From: a virus
Reading direction: 5' to 3' (one strand)
Virus record (IMG/VR): IMGVR_UViG_3300012005_000004
Location: 16,370 to 80,369 of that record
Length of the DNA: 64,000 bases
Shown here: one piece after another, positions 9,707 to 18,657 of the stretch
Numbering within the stretch: position 1 is the first letter of the stretch
How the letters are laid out: every line of letters starts with the position of its first letter
Program-made: the position numbers and the translations under genes
Notes under the pieces: generated by a model
Database searches by the model: none
What the model saw: the letters and a program-made list of their open reading frames with translations, nothing else
What the model was told of the DNA's origin: nothing

Positions 9707-10474
9707 ATGGCAATTACACTGAATCTTCAGAAATCCCAAGCAGCTCTGCAATTGAACTTGCAAAAGGCCGGTATCATCACACCTCCTTCCGTTGAGATGA
9801 TGTTCATCCTTGACGTCAGTGGTTCTTTTGAAACTGAGCATATCAATGGCACCACGAATGACCTGATCACACGGCTCGTTCCGTGGGGTATGACCTTTGA
9901 CCCGGACAAGAAGCTTGACTTGCTGACCTTCTCCAATGGTCCAAACTCTGTACAAAATGTAGGTCCTGTAACCGACGCCAACTATAAGGACTTTGTCAAG
10001 AAGAACATCATCAACAAGGTTGAAGGTTGGAACGGCGGAACTGACTATAGCTACGCTCTCGAAGAATCGCTGAAGGAATTTGGTTGGATCGGTGAAGGTA
10101 TCGGTGGAGCGGCGCCAGCCGAAAAACCTGGGTTCTTCGGTAAGCTCTTCAGTAAGAAGGAAACTCCAGCCATCACCGCTCCAACTTCACAGAAACGAAA
10201 GTCTCTTGTCATCTTCGTTACTGACGGTGAAAACAGCGATCGTGACCGGACCACGAAGATCCTCCAGGAATCTGAAAACCGCCATGACGGCTGCTACTTC
10301 CTCTTCATCGGCGTTGGCCATGGCAACTTCTCCTACCTCAAGCAAGCTGGAGATAAGTTTGCCAACACTGCCTTCTACGAGATCAAGGACCTGAAGAAGT
10401 TCATCAGCATGTCCGACGAGGACCTGTACGGTGAGCTGATGCAGGAAGAGCTGATGTCCTGGATGAAATCCTAA
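9707..10474 (+). CDS. vWA domain protein (TerF C-terminal/TerY-like)
   Basis: MIDAS DVSGS, GGTDY, FVTDGE, FIGVG; LNLQK N-terminus shared with the TerD-like gene. Confidence 0.88.
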   Translation: MAITLNLQKSQAALQLNLQKAGIITPPSVEMMFILDVSGSFETEHINGTTNDLITRLVPWGMTFDPDKKLDLLTFSNGPNSVQNVGPVTDANYKDFVKKNIINKVEGWNGGTDYSYALEESLKEFGWIGEGIGGAAPAEKPGFFGKLFSKKETPAITAPTSQKRKSLVIFVTDGENSDRDRTTKILQESENRHDGCYFLFIGVGHGNFSYLKQAGDKFANTAFYEIKDLKKFISMSDEDLYGELMQEELMSWMKS

Positions 10475-10674
10475 GTATGCCAGTCTCACTGATTATCCTT
10501 CACATCGTTGATGATTTTGGAAATCAGATACCGCCGTGCGATCTACCTTTTGATGTATATTGCCGGCGGTATGCTTATTTTATGGATGAGTGGTACTGGC
10601 ACGGGATGGTATTTAGATGCACACCTACTCCGTTCTAGATAGTTTCGTGGAGGATAAACATAAATAGTCCTATT

Positions 10675-11184
10675 ATGGAACTATTAAAAGAACTCATCAA
10701 AATCCGCGAAGCGAATGACGAGGTGCTGTGTGAATCAGTCACTGAGTATCTCGCCACGGTTATCGCCTACCTCAAGTCTAAGAAGCATGAGGACCTATTC
10801 AACACCGAGAAGCCGCTGATCAAGGTTGACCATCTTGCTTCGATCGTGGCCGGTCTAAGAGTTTTGTCTGACATAGAGCACCGCTCGATCCTGACCAAGG
10901 ATGACATCCACATCAACCCGAACAACTCCCACAACCTTTATGACTTCATGGACTCCTTCCCGAAGAACGGTAAGGGAACCCCAGCTTTGACTCTCAAGGT
11001 CCTCAAGGCCCTCAAGGAAGTTTCTCCTAAGACCTTCGCGTCAGAGCTTCAAAAGTTTAAGGGATTGAAGACTAAGAATGATGCCGAGCGCGGAAAGCTG
11101 ACGACCGAGCTAGAAAAGTTTGCAGCCAACGTAGGAACTATGTTCAACAAGGTTCGCTCTATCCATAATGGAGATGAGGACTAA
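10675..11184 (+). CDS. hypothetical late protein, possible internal head protein
   Basis: TAAATA just upstream; MELLKEL..IREA..LCES N-terminus. Confidence 0.7.
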   Translation: MELLKELIKIREANDEVLCESVTEYLATVIAYLKSKKHEDLFNTEKPLIKVDHLASIVAGLRVLSDIEHRSILTKDDIHINPNNSHNLYDFMDSFPKNGKGTPALTLKVLKALKEVSPKTFASELQKFKGLKTKNDAERGKLTTELEKFAANVGTMFNKVRSIHNGDED

Positions 11185-11223
11185 GGCTGATAACTAGAAC
11201 TATAATATATTTTGGAGGTCCTG

Positions 11224-11559
11224 ATGGACATTAATATAGTAGGCTTTAACGGTGAACCACTCACCGTTGCTGTAGATTACATTTCACGCCCATCTTATGG
11301 TAACTTAACACGAGTTTATAATAAAGATGGTAATAAAATGTTAGTGGGTGATTTGACCGCACATCCTCTAACGATTCGCGCCAGTGAAGAAGTATTTTCA
11401 AAATTACGATCGATGTCGCCATTTAATATTGTTTTTATCAAGGATAACCTGACGTTCCAAGTTAATAATGTATGGGAACTTGTTCAACACGAAGATGTTA
11501 AAGGATCTCGCGACTACTATTTTGAAACCTCACACGTGACAGAAGTGTTCAAAGGATGA
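11224..11559 (+). CDS. hypothetical protein
   Basis: GGAGG SD before ATG 11224. Confidence 0.65.
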   Translation: MDINIVGFNGEPLTVAVDYISRPSYGNLTRVYNKDGNKMLVGDLTAHPLTIRASEEVFSKLRSMSPFNIVFIKDNLTFQVNNVWELVQHEDVKGSRDYYFETSHVTEVFKG

Positions 11560-11641
11560 CTTAAGCAAAATCTGCAATGTCACGAGCTAGCTGCTCTTGT
11601 AACAACGACTAATTTTCACCTCACCCCTTAAAGAGAATCAC

Positions 11642-11818
11642 ATGAATAGCTACGTCAAAAATTGTCATATTATTACACGCGCTGGTGCGGTCGGGCCTTT
11701 GTTCCGACAAGAAGGCGATAAAGTTATAGCTGCTTTAGATGGCTACGCAATTATGCCAGTGGAGCAACTCCGTGAGCTGCAAGCTAAAGCTGGTGTGCCT
11801 TTAGCAGATGCAGACTAA
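11642..11818 (+). CDS. small hypothetical protein (58 aa), not in the ORF track
   Basis: MNSYVKNCH...PLADAD*, AGAG upstream. Confidence 0.5.
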   Translation: MNSYVKNCHIITRAGAVGPLFRQEGDKVIAALDGYAIMPVEQLRELQAKAGVPLADAD

Positions 11819-12016
11819 TGAGCAAAAACAATATGACCCGAATCACACTAAACGGTAGGAGAGATTCTCGGTAGTATATGTTTATGTTTTCAGAGTGATA
11901 AAGGAGCTATTTTAGCTCCTTTTATCATTTTTACTCAATATTTTCATAGCTGAATGTACTTTATGCTAGTGATGTGATACTATATCCTTCTAGAACCTTT
12001 CACCGGAATTCATAAA

Positions 12017-12433
12017 ATGAATACACAGATCGAAGACGTAGAAGCTATTACTCCTGAATCAACAACCACGGAATCAACAACCACCAATTTTTATCAAACG
12101 GTTGATGCTCCTCCACAATCCGCCGATGGCTCTTTGGATTTGATCATGACACACCTTGGATCAAAGTTTGATGATATCGGTCGCCGCGTTACAATGATTC
12201 AATACTTGCTGGAGAACGACACATTTAAGCTGGCGTCGAAGCAAACACGCAATAACCTTCTTCATGGCTTGCTCGAAGATATTGGCGTCTTTGAGGAGAT
12301 CTCAAAGGTAGCGGTTCGCTCGTTGAAAAAGATCAAGCGTGAGCGGGCCTCTGAAGATCGTTTGGATCAGCTTTTATTAATCGATCCAGATTACATCACT
12401 AGCGCCAAAGAAGATATCTCCAATGATGCTTAA
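12017..12433 (+). CDS. hypothetical protein
   Basis: Promoter-like element upstream. Confidence 0.65.
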   Translation: MNTQIEDVEAITPESTTTESTTTNFYQTVDAPPQSADGSLDLIMTHLGSKFDDIGRRVTMIQYLLENDTFKLASKQTRNNLLHGLLEDIGVFEEISKVAVRSLKKIKRERASEDRLDQLLLIDPDYITSAKEDISNDA

Positions 12434-12854
12434 AGATCTAACATACGTTAATTCACGATACCTTGCGTTCGTCTTAGATGACGCATGCAAGGCTCACCTC
12501 TTGAAAGTTTGTCCGCCGAACTTCGAGAAGGTTTATTGTGACCACGTGACGATCGCATTGAGCCCATCAGAAGAGACCTTTGAGAAAATCAAGCGCCGGT
12601 GGAATACAGAGCCTGATGTTGAAGCTTTGTTAATCGTCATCGGCGATGATATCGAAGCGTTGGTATGTACCGTTGATAAGGATAGTCAAAGATTATTCGC
12701 TCATGATAAGGGAACTTACCACGTGACGATGTCTCTGAATCCACCGCGAAAACCAGCTAACTCCAAAGAGCTAATCTCCAAGTCTGTTGGTGTCAAGCGT
12801 ATTCCATTCAAAGATCCAATAAAGTTGACCGGAAAGTTCAAATTCGTGGTATAA
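12423..12854 (+). CDS. 2H phosphoesterase (cyclic phosphodiesterase-like)
   Basis: Two HxT motifs (HVTIAL, HVTMSL) and KPANS, as in tRNA-ligase CPD domains. Confidence 0.75.
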   Translation: MMLKDLTYVNSRYLAFVLDDACKAHLLKVCPPNFEKVYCDHVTIALSPSEETFEKIKRRWNTEPDVEALLIVIGDDIEALVCTVDKDSQRLFAHDKGTYHVTMSLNPPRKPANSKELISKSVGVKRIPFKDPIKLTGKFKFVV

Positions 12855-12861
12855 TAGTAGA

Positions 12862-13365
12862 ATGATAATCATACCAACATTTACGCAATACGTGCCGATC
12901 GAGCTCTTCTTAGACCTCGATGGAGTATTTGCACACTTCGACCTCGGTCACTATGAGCTGTCTGGGAAGTGGCCTCACGAGGTTACCGACAGAGAGATGT
13001 GGAAGACCATTCACAAGGCTAAAGATTTTTTCCTTTCGCTTAAGTTCATGCCTGACGCTGAGATCCTTTGGGAATACACAAAGCAATACAACCCTAAGTT
13101 CCTGACAGGTGCTCCATCTTCAGAGCTTTCTAGGCTTCACAAGAAGCAGTGGGTAGCTGAGAAATTTGGACCTCAGTGGGAAACGATCGTGCTGCCGTCT
13201 AAGGACAAGCAAAAGTATGCAGGTCCTCACAAGGTCATCGTAGATGATCATAAGGATAACATCCAGCGTTGGACTGATGCTGGAGGCATAGGCATCTTGC
13301 ACACCGACGTTCACGTAACAATTCAACAGCTTGAAGCTCTTCGATTAACTTATCACCCGGAGTAA
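12862..13365 (+). CDS. HAD 5'(3')-deoxyribonucleotidase-like protein
   Basis: DLDGV, K..W, IVDD...NI..W...GGIGILH. Confidence 0.85.
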   Translation: MIIIPTFTQYVPIELFLDLDGVFAHFDLGHYELSGKWPHEVTDREMWKTIHKAKDFFLSLKFMPDAEILWEYTKQYNPKFLTGAPSSELSRLHKKQWVAEKFGPQWETIVLPSKDKQKYAGPHKVIVDDHKDNIQRWTDAGGIGILHTDVHVTIQQLEALRLTYHPE

Positions 13366-13367
13366 AG

Positions 13368-14525
13368 ATGAAGATTGTAGTCGTTGGAGGGATCGGTGCT
13401 GGTAAGTCGACCGTTATAGAGAAGCTTCAAACAGAGATGCTAAAGATGAATACTAGCATCGAGCCTATAAAGCCATCGGTGACTTTTTGCAGCGTTGATA
13501 AATTCGTTAGTTGGCTTTATGAAAACAGCATAGAGGTTAAGGAGTTCTTGAAGTCCTTAGGAATAAAAGATAAAGCTCAGATGTCGGACGTTGTGTTTGA
13601 AAATCCGTTTATCAAGGAAAAGCTTGAGAGCATCTGCGCCCCTTTGATCTCAAAGGAAATTAACTATTGGGTCGATCGAGAAGATTGGAAAAAGAACCAC
13701 TTGATCGTCGAATTTCCATTGCTATTTCAATATCCGGAGTACCTCGATAAGTTTGATGTGATCGTTTCAGTTACCGCTCCAATTGACGTAAGGATCGGTC
13801 GTATTAAAAATCGCAATGGGTTCTCTACTGACAAGATACTTTCAATCATAAACTCTCAACCTTTACAGCAAGACGTAGATGAGAGGGCTGACGTTGTGAT
13901 TTACAACGGATCAGATAAGCTCGATAGTGATGACATTAATATCTTGTTGAATGACATCGGAGAAGCTTATTTTAAGAAACAAGCTAGTTTAGAACATACT
14001 GATAAAGATGAATCAGATCTAAAGATCGGTATCGTTTCTGGTTCATTTGATCCCATCACCAAGGGTCACATGTGGCTGATTGATCGTGCTCTGGACATGG
14101 TGGACAAGGTCTATATCGTGATCGGAACCAACCCAGGAAAGAATAGCCTCTTCACGCAAGATGAAAAGAAGAATATGATCTGCGATTCTCTAGATAGTTT
14201 ACCTAAACATAAGCTAGAAAGAGTTCACATTAAGGTCCTTCCAGAGTCTGAGCTATTGGTGTATTACGCAAAAGAGCTTGGTGCGGCCTTCATCTTCCGT
14301 GGTCTCAGGTCTGGCATTGACTTTGAGTATGAATCTCAAATCAACATGACACAGCGAAAGCTTAATCCAGACATCGAGATAGTTTACTTGATGCCTCCAC
14401 GTGACAAGATCGAGATCAGCTCATCCTTTGTAAAAGGGCTATACAAGCTTAACGGTACCGATGAGCTGATTCAATCTTACGTTCCATATCCAGTTTATGA
14501 AGCTCTCAAGAAAAAGTTAAAATGA
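13368..14525 (+). CDS. coaE-coaD: fused dephospho-CoA kinase (N) and phosphopantetheine adenylyltransferase (C)
   Basis: GGIGAGKST P-loop, VEFPLLF; then GSFDPITKGH, RGLRSGIDFEYE, ISSSFVK. Confidence 0.9.
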   Translation: MKIVVVGGIGAGKSTVIEKLQTEMLKMNTSIEPIKPSVTFCSVDKFVSWLYENSIEVKEFLKSLGIKDKAQMSDVVFENPFIKEKLESICAPLISKEINYWVDREDWKKNHLIVEFPLLFQYPEYLDKFDVIVSVTAPIDVRIGRIKNRNGFSTDKILSIINSQPLQQDVDERADVVIYNGSDKLDSDDINILLNDIGEAYFKKQASLEHTDKDESDLKIGIVSGSFDPITKGHMWLIDRALDMVDKVYIVIGTNPGKNSLFTQDEKKNMICDSLDSLPKHKLERVHIKVLPESELLVYYAKELGAAFIFRGLRSGIDFEYESQINMTQRKLNPDIEIVYLMPPRDKIEISSSFVKGLYKLNGTDELIQSYVPYPVYEALKKKLK

Positions 14526-14992
14526 TCAAATATCACATCGGATTATTGTTTGACATCGCCCAGCTTGCTGACCACTTTTATCCCATCGTTAAGGGTCTCA
14601 CCGGTAGAGATGCGATCTACCAGAACCCAGGTGCTTCATTACGTAGCTTTGCTGTCTTCAACTGTCGTAACAGGATCGTTGAGCTACCAGAGGAAATAAC
14701 GTTAGCCTATGAAGAGTGTGTGTCTTTCATCAACGATGAGACGGTTTGGGAAACTATCGAAAAATACGCTCGCACATATCCTTATGAGCTGGTAGACAAG
14801 CTGTTCGCCATCACCGGGCCGTCTGAAGATATTAACCAAGCGATGCGAGATTTTAATGATCTTAATTGTATTCTCGACCAAGGTAGGCTTGGCAATGATG
14901 ATCAGTTCGTGCAAGCGTTGATTGACATCAAGACAAAGGCAGAAGAGTTCGCTTCTGATATTGAATCAACCTCTTCCGACTCGGTGGCTTAA
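14522..14992 (+). CDS. hypothetical protein
   Basis: Coupled in operon. Confidence 0.6.
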   Translation: MIKYHIGLLFDIAQLADHFYPIVKGLTGRDAIYQNPGASLRSFAVFNCRNRIVELPEEITLAYEECVSFINDETVWETIEKYARTYPYELVDKLFAITGPSEDINQAMRDFNDLNCILDQGRLGNDDQFVQALIDIKTKAEEFASDIESTSSDSVA

Positions 14993-15639
14993 TGAACGTA
15001 GAAGCGATACTAGCGCACAGCAAGAACTTCGTCATCGGTAAAGGCAATGGTATGCCGTGGCATCACAGCGCCGACTTCAAGAGGTTTGCAGCAATCACGA
15101 AGGGTCATGCGCTGCTGATGGGAGCTAAGACCTTCCTCGGCATCGTTGATTACTTTAAGTCAACAAAAACACAGATCTTACCAGAGAGAAAGATCTTCAT
15201 CTTAGCCGATCACAAGGGTGATCACATTCCTTTGGGACATCATGTTCACCGCCGAGGATATGGTCCAGAGTGGACACAGCTCAATAACCAGCTAATAGGA
15301 TATTGCAAGGACCTCGCACTAGACACGTCTAACCTTAACGTGGTGCTAAATGATGACGGTCCCACAAACATCATCCGTAGAATTAGCCCGATGATATGCA
15401 AGGATCAAACGCTCTTCATTGCTGGTGGGGCTAAGGTTTACCGAGAGTACCTTCCTCTAGCTTCGACGATACACGTTACCGTAATCGACACCGAAGTTCC
15501 AGAAGGTGAAGACATCGTATCGCTTCATGAAGATTCGATCGCTCTATTGAAAGATCGATCAACGTATCGAACAGAGCTAGAGAGTTATGCAGATCACAAG
15601 GGGTTGACTGCTTTCTTTCACCGATTGGAGAAAAAGTGA
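14992..15639 (+). CDS. folA: dihydrofolate reductase with central insertion
   Basis: VIGKGNGMPW, DFKRF..IT, LMGAKTF, LPER, IAGGAKVY. Confidence 0.88.
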   Translation: MNVEAILAHSKNFVIGKGNGMPWHHSADFKRFAAITKGHALLMGAKTFLGIVDYFKSTKTQILPERKIFILADHKGDHIPLGHHVHRRGYGPEWTQLNNQLIGYCKDLALDTSNLNVVLNDDGPTNIIRRISPMICKDQTLFIAGGAKVYREYLPLASTIHVTVIDTEVPEGEDIVSLHEDSIALLKDRSTYRTELESYADHKGLTAFFHRLEKK

Positions 15640-16052
15640 TGCCACCAGAAGAATTGATTGCCATATGGATCGTTAACTTAGCTAAAGAGCTAGAAGCTTC
15701 TAAAGATGAACAAGAGAGCACATTAATTAAAAATTATTATGCTCCTCATATTACTCGGCTTCTTCAAGAAGGAAGTAAAGATTCCAAAGAATTAATATTG
15801 ACTTTAATAAAAGCGCTAGATATATGCGTTAAAAGTAATGGTATTCGAGACGGTGATTTTCTAACTCATTGCACCATAAACAGGTTGGCGTATCCTAGAT
15901 CTATTAAAACCATAGACATGACGTTGAAGCTTAATAATAATCTTAAGTATTTAAGATTATTTAACGCAGGATGTACAACGGAGAAAATGAAGTTAAATTT
16001 TGTACCATCTTTAAGCCTAGAAGAGATTGCTCGATCGATCTTGATGAATTAG
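15636..16052 (+). CDS. paralog family A member 1 (hypothetical)
   Basis: YYAPHITRLL and C-terminal EEIARSILMN. Confidence 0.65.
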   Translation: MMPPEELIAIWIVNLAKELEASKDEQESTLIKNYYAPHITRLLQEGSKDSKELILTLIKALDICVKSNGIRDGDFLTHCTINRLAYPRSIKTIDMTLKLNNNLKYLRLFNAGCTTEKMKLNFVPSLSLEEIARSILMN

Positions 16053-16060
16053 GAGATGAA

Positions 16061-16471
16061 ATGTCACTTGAAATCAAGCTCACTAATGTATTAACTGATT
16101 TTATCATAGATTTACAAAAATCATACAATGATGCTGAAAGCTCTCTTTGGAAAGCATATTACGTTCCAATTCTTACAAGAATGCTTCTACAAAATCTTTC
16201 AGTTTATTCGTCTGAAGATGCATGCGAGGAAGTGAGATTTAGGCTGAGAACGATCTTGCATAATTGTAGGAAAAATGGTGCTATCTCATTCTATGTCATT
16301 GGAGACGTTAATTTCTCCCAAGATGCATTTTTAATTGAATTAGAACTTTCGAAATCAAAATATAATCGAAATGGAATTACTACTGGATCTTGGGAAATAT
16401 TTAAGATCACGGTTGTAGCTCATTCATTGAGTCAAGAAGAGAAGGCTCGTTCAATATTGTTAGGAGATTGA
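16061..16471 (+). CDS. paralog family A member 2
   Basis: SD AGGAG before ATG 16061; YYVPILTRML, EEKARSILLGD. Confidence 0.65.
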   Translation: MSLEIKLTNVLTDFIIDLQKSYNDAESSLWKAYYVPILTRMLLQNLSVYSSEDACEEVRFRLRTILHNCRKNGAISFYVIGDVNFSQDAFLIELELSKSKYNRNGITTGSWEIFKITVVAHSLSQEEKARSILLGD

Positions 16472-16472
16472 A

Positions 16473-16898
16473 ATGATTATATCAGAACAAATATCAAAAT
16501 TGATCGGTCCGTTATCTTACTTTTTAGGATATTCCATCAATGATTTAGAGCGTGATTCGTATAAGACATTCTACGTCCCTAAGATATCTAAGCTAATTCA
16601 CAGCCTGGTGGCAGTCAAAAATTCCATGCCGAATATATTATTTTTTGAAGATTTAGCCTTAACAACTATTAAAAAAGCTCTTTTTGAGACATTAAATAAA
16701 AGAAATATTCGTAGTTATAAGGTAGAACATCAACGTGGAAATGGGTACAGCTTTATCGAAGTAACTTTTGAAATGATGAATTTTCAATATTCGAGAGGTG
16801 TTCCGGGAAGAGACAGCTTTGAATCATTTTGTATCGACCTTCTCTATGAACCAACAAGCATCGATGATACGACTCGATCAATCTTGCTAGGAGACTAA
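16473..16898 (+). CDS. paralog family A member 3
   Basis: FYVPKISKLI, DDTTRSILLGD. Confidence 0.65.
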   Translation: MIISEQISKLIGPLSYFLGYSINDLERDSYKTFYVPKISKLIHSLVAVKNSMPNILFFEDLALTTIKKALFETLNKRNIRSYKVEHQRGNGYSFIEVTFEMMNFQYSRGVPGRDSFESFCIDLLYEPTSIDDTTRSILLGD

Positions 16899-16899
16899 A

Positions 16900-17298
16900 T
16901 TGAATTTACTGCATTTATTTTACTTTTTTGTCAATGACTTGAGGGCAACTGCAGGACCAGTTATAGGACATGCTACAGATATAGCTGCAAGAGATAAGGT
17001 TTGTGAAGCTTACTTACCTGGGATCTCCACCGCGCTTTTTAAGAACCTTGAAGGTTTTGAGCGTCGGAATCAGTTACAATTTATCTATGATAGGTTAAAA
17101 GATGTAATCGTTGACTTGATAAAAGTTGGTGACATTATAAGTGGTACCGTAATCTATAAAATGATACCGGATGAATTTGTTGTCATGTTGGAGCTAATTG
17201 CTCAGAATAACAACATTTTTGACCAGAACTTGACAATTTCAATGAAGAATGGAAACTTCGACTTCAATGAAACGGTAAAGTCGATCTTGCTAGGATAA
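16900..17298 (+). CDS. paralog family A member 4
   Basis: TTG start; YLPGISTAL, NETVKSILLG. Confidence 0.6.
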   Translation: MNLLHLFYFFVNDLRATAGPVIGHATDIAARDKVCEAYLPGISTALFKNLEGFERRNQLQFIYDRLKDVIVDLIKVGDIISGTVIYKMIPDEFVVMLELIAQNNNIFDQNLTISMKNGNFDFNETVKSILLG

Positions 17299-17949
17299 TC
17301 AAAGTTTAGCGAACCGTTCAAGGTCCATCCCATCTTTGTCATAGGCGAGCATCTCAGCTTGAGCAGCTACAACTCCAGCTTTTCCATGACCAAGATGTTT
17401 GTTAACGATATTGACAGCGGCCTGTAGCTCGGCTAGATTTTTGCCTAGGTGATTGACCTTAACTTCTTTGAGATGTTTAACTAAGATTAACGATAGAATT
17501 CCATCATCAACGTTCCTGATGACTAAGTATGTGCCAATATAATCTACGTGCTTTTCAATCCCTTTCAACGATGTGAATTCATTACACACGTACTTCCCAT
17601 TAACTTTTCTAGGAGAGTACTCAAATGTTATATCTCCGCTGATGTAGAAATCTCCTTTGACGGTTTTAGGGCACCCTCTCATGGTGGTAGGAGCAACCCC
17701 AGATTTGCTCTTATTAAGAGCAAAGGTAGCGTTAGCTTCTGAAAAAGTAAAAGGAAGAGCTCCATCTTCAGAAGATACCGCTATGGTCGCAAGGCACCGA
17801 ATCTCACCATCGGTAGTAAGTAAAATATCGGCAGGATTAAACTTACTTATGTCGTTATAGCTCCAGTTGGCCGACATCCACTCGACGACCTTGCGATACT
17901 TGTCCATCCAGGCCTTATCTTCTTTATCGGTGATCTCGTGTAGCTTCAT
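17299..17949 (-). CDS. paralog family B late protein (LRR-like repeats)
   Basis: FTSLKGIEKHV; C-terminal IVNKHL...AQAEM...LERFAKL. Confidence 0.75.
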   Translation of the reverse strand: MKLHEITDKEDKAWMDKYRKVVEWMSANWSYNDISKFNPADILLTTDGEIRCLATIAVSSEDGALPFTFSEANATFALNKSKSGVAPTTMRGCPKTVKGDFYISGDITFEYSPRKVNGKYVCNEFTSLKGIEKHVDYIGTYLVIRNVDDGILSLILVKHLKEVKVNHLGKNLAELQAAVNIVNKHLGHGKAGVVAAQAEMLAYDKDGMDLERFAKL

Positions 17950-18590
17950 AGTTTAGCGAACTTCGATAGGTCAAGGTCTTCATAATCTTCTAGCTCTTTC
18001 TGAGCATCTAGAACTCCAGCCCTACCTTTACCTAAATACTTGTTGACGATCTTGCACGCGGTGTCAAGCTCTTCATCTTCAGGATCATCAGCTTCGATAG
18101 ATCCTAGGCTCTTAACTAAGATAACGCTGAGAAGCCCTCCCTTAACTCGCCTGATAACTAAGGCTTCTCCGATCTTATCTACGTGCTTTTCGATACCTTT
18201 AAGCGAGGTAAATTCTAGACAGTAATAGCTTCCACCTACGCTCTTAGGAGAACCTTCAAACGAAGGTAGGTCTCCCTCGATGGTAAAGTTATCGGTGACT
18301 ATATTTGGACATCCCTTCATCGTCTTGGGTGCCATCTTAGACGTATTGACTAGCAATGAAAAATTACCACCAGCTCTCGTGAACTTGAACGGAATCTCTC
18401 CGTCATCGGTATCTATACCCAGTGACCCTTCTACGAATACCCCTGTCGGGAAGACTTTAATCTTCTGCCATATATTATCATTTGTTACTTGACCATCAGA
18501 TTCACTATCATAGGCGTGGTCAATTACCCACTTGTAGATCTCACTTCCGTTAGTGAGCTTCTTGTCTTCGGTAAGTTCTAAGAGTTTCAT
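17946..18590 (-). CDS. paralog family B late protein (LRR-like repeats)
   Basis: Clear paralog of the adjacent gene; TAAATA a few nt upstream on the minus strand. Confidence 0.75.
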   Translation of the reverse strand: MKLLELTEDKKLTNGSEIYKWVIDHAYDSESDGQVTNDNIWQKIKVFPTGVFVEGSLGIDTDDGEIPFKFTRAGGNFSLLVNTSKMAPKTMKGCPNIVTDNFTIEGDLPSFEGSPKSVGGSYYCLEFTSLKGIEKHVDKIGEALVIRRVKGGLLSVILVKSLGSIEADDPEDEELDTACKIVNKYLGKGRAGVLDAQKELEDYEDLDLSKFAKL

Positions 18591-18657
18591 GATGGTATTT
18601 ATCCTCTAAAGTTTTCCGGAGGAAACATGTGATATAATCTTCTCTCATGGAGACTAT

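Noticed and set aside
15636-18590. Paralog arrays as diversity-generating retroelement targets
   Set aside because: No reverse transcriptase and no near-identical TR/VR pair differing at adenines.
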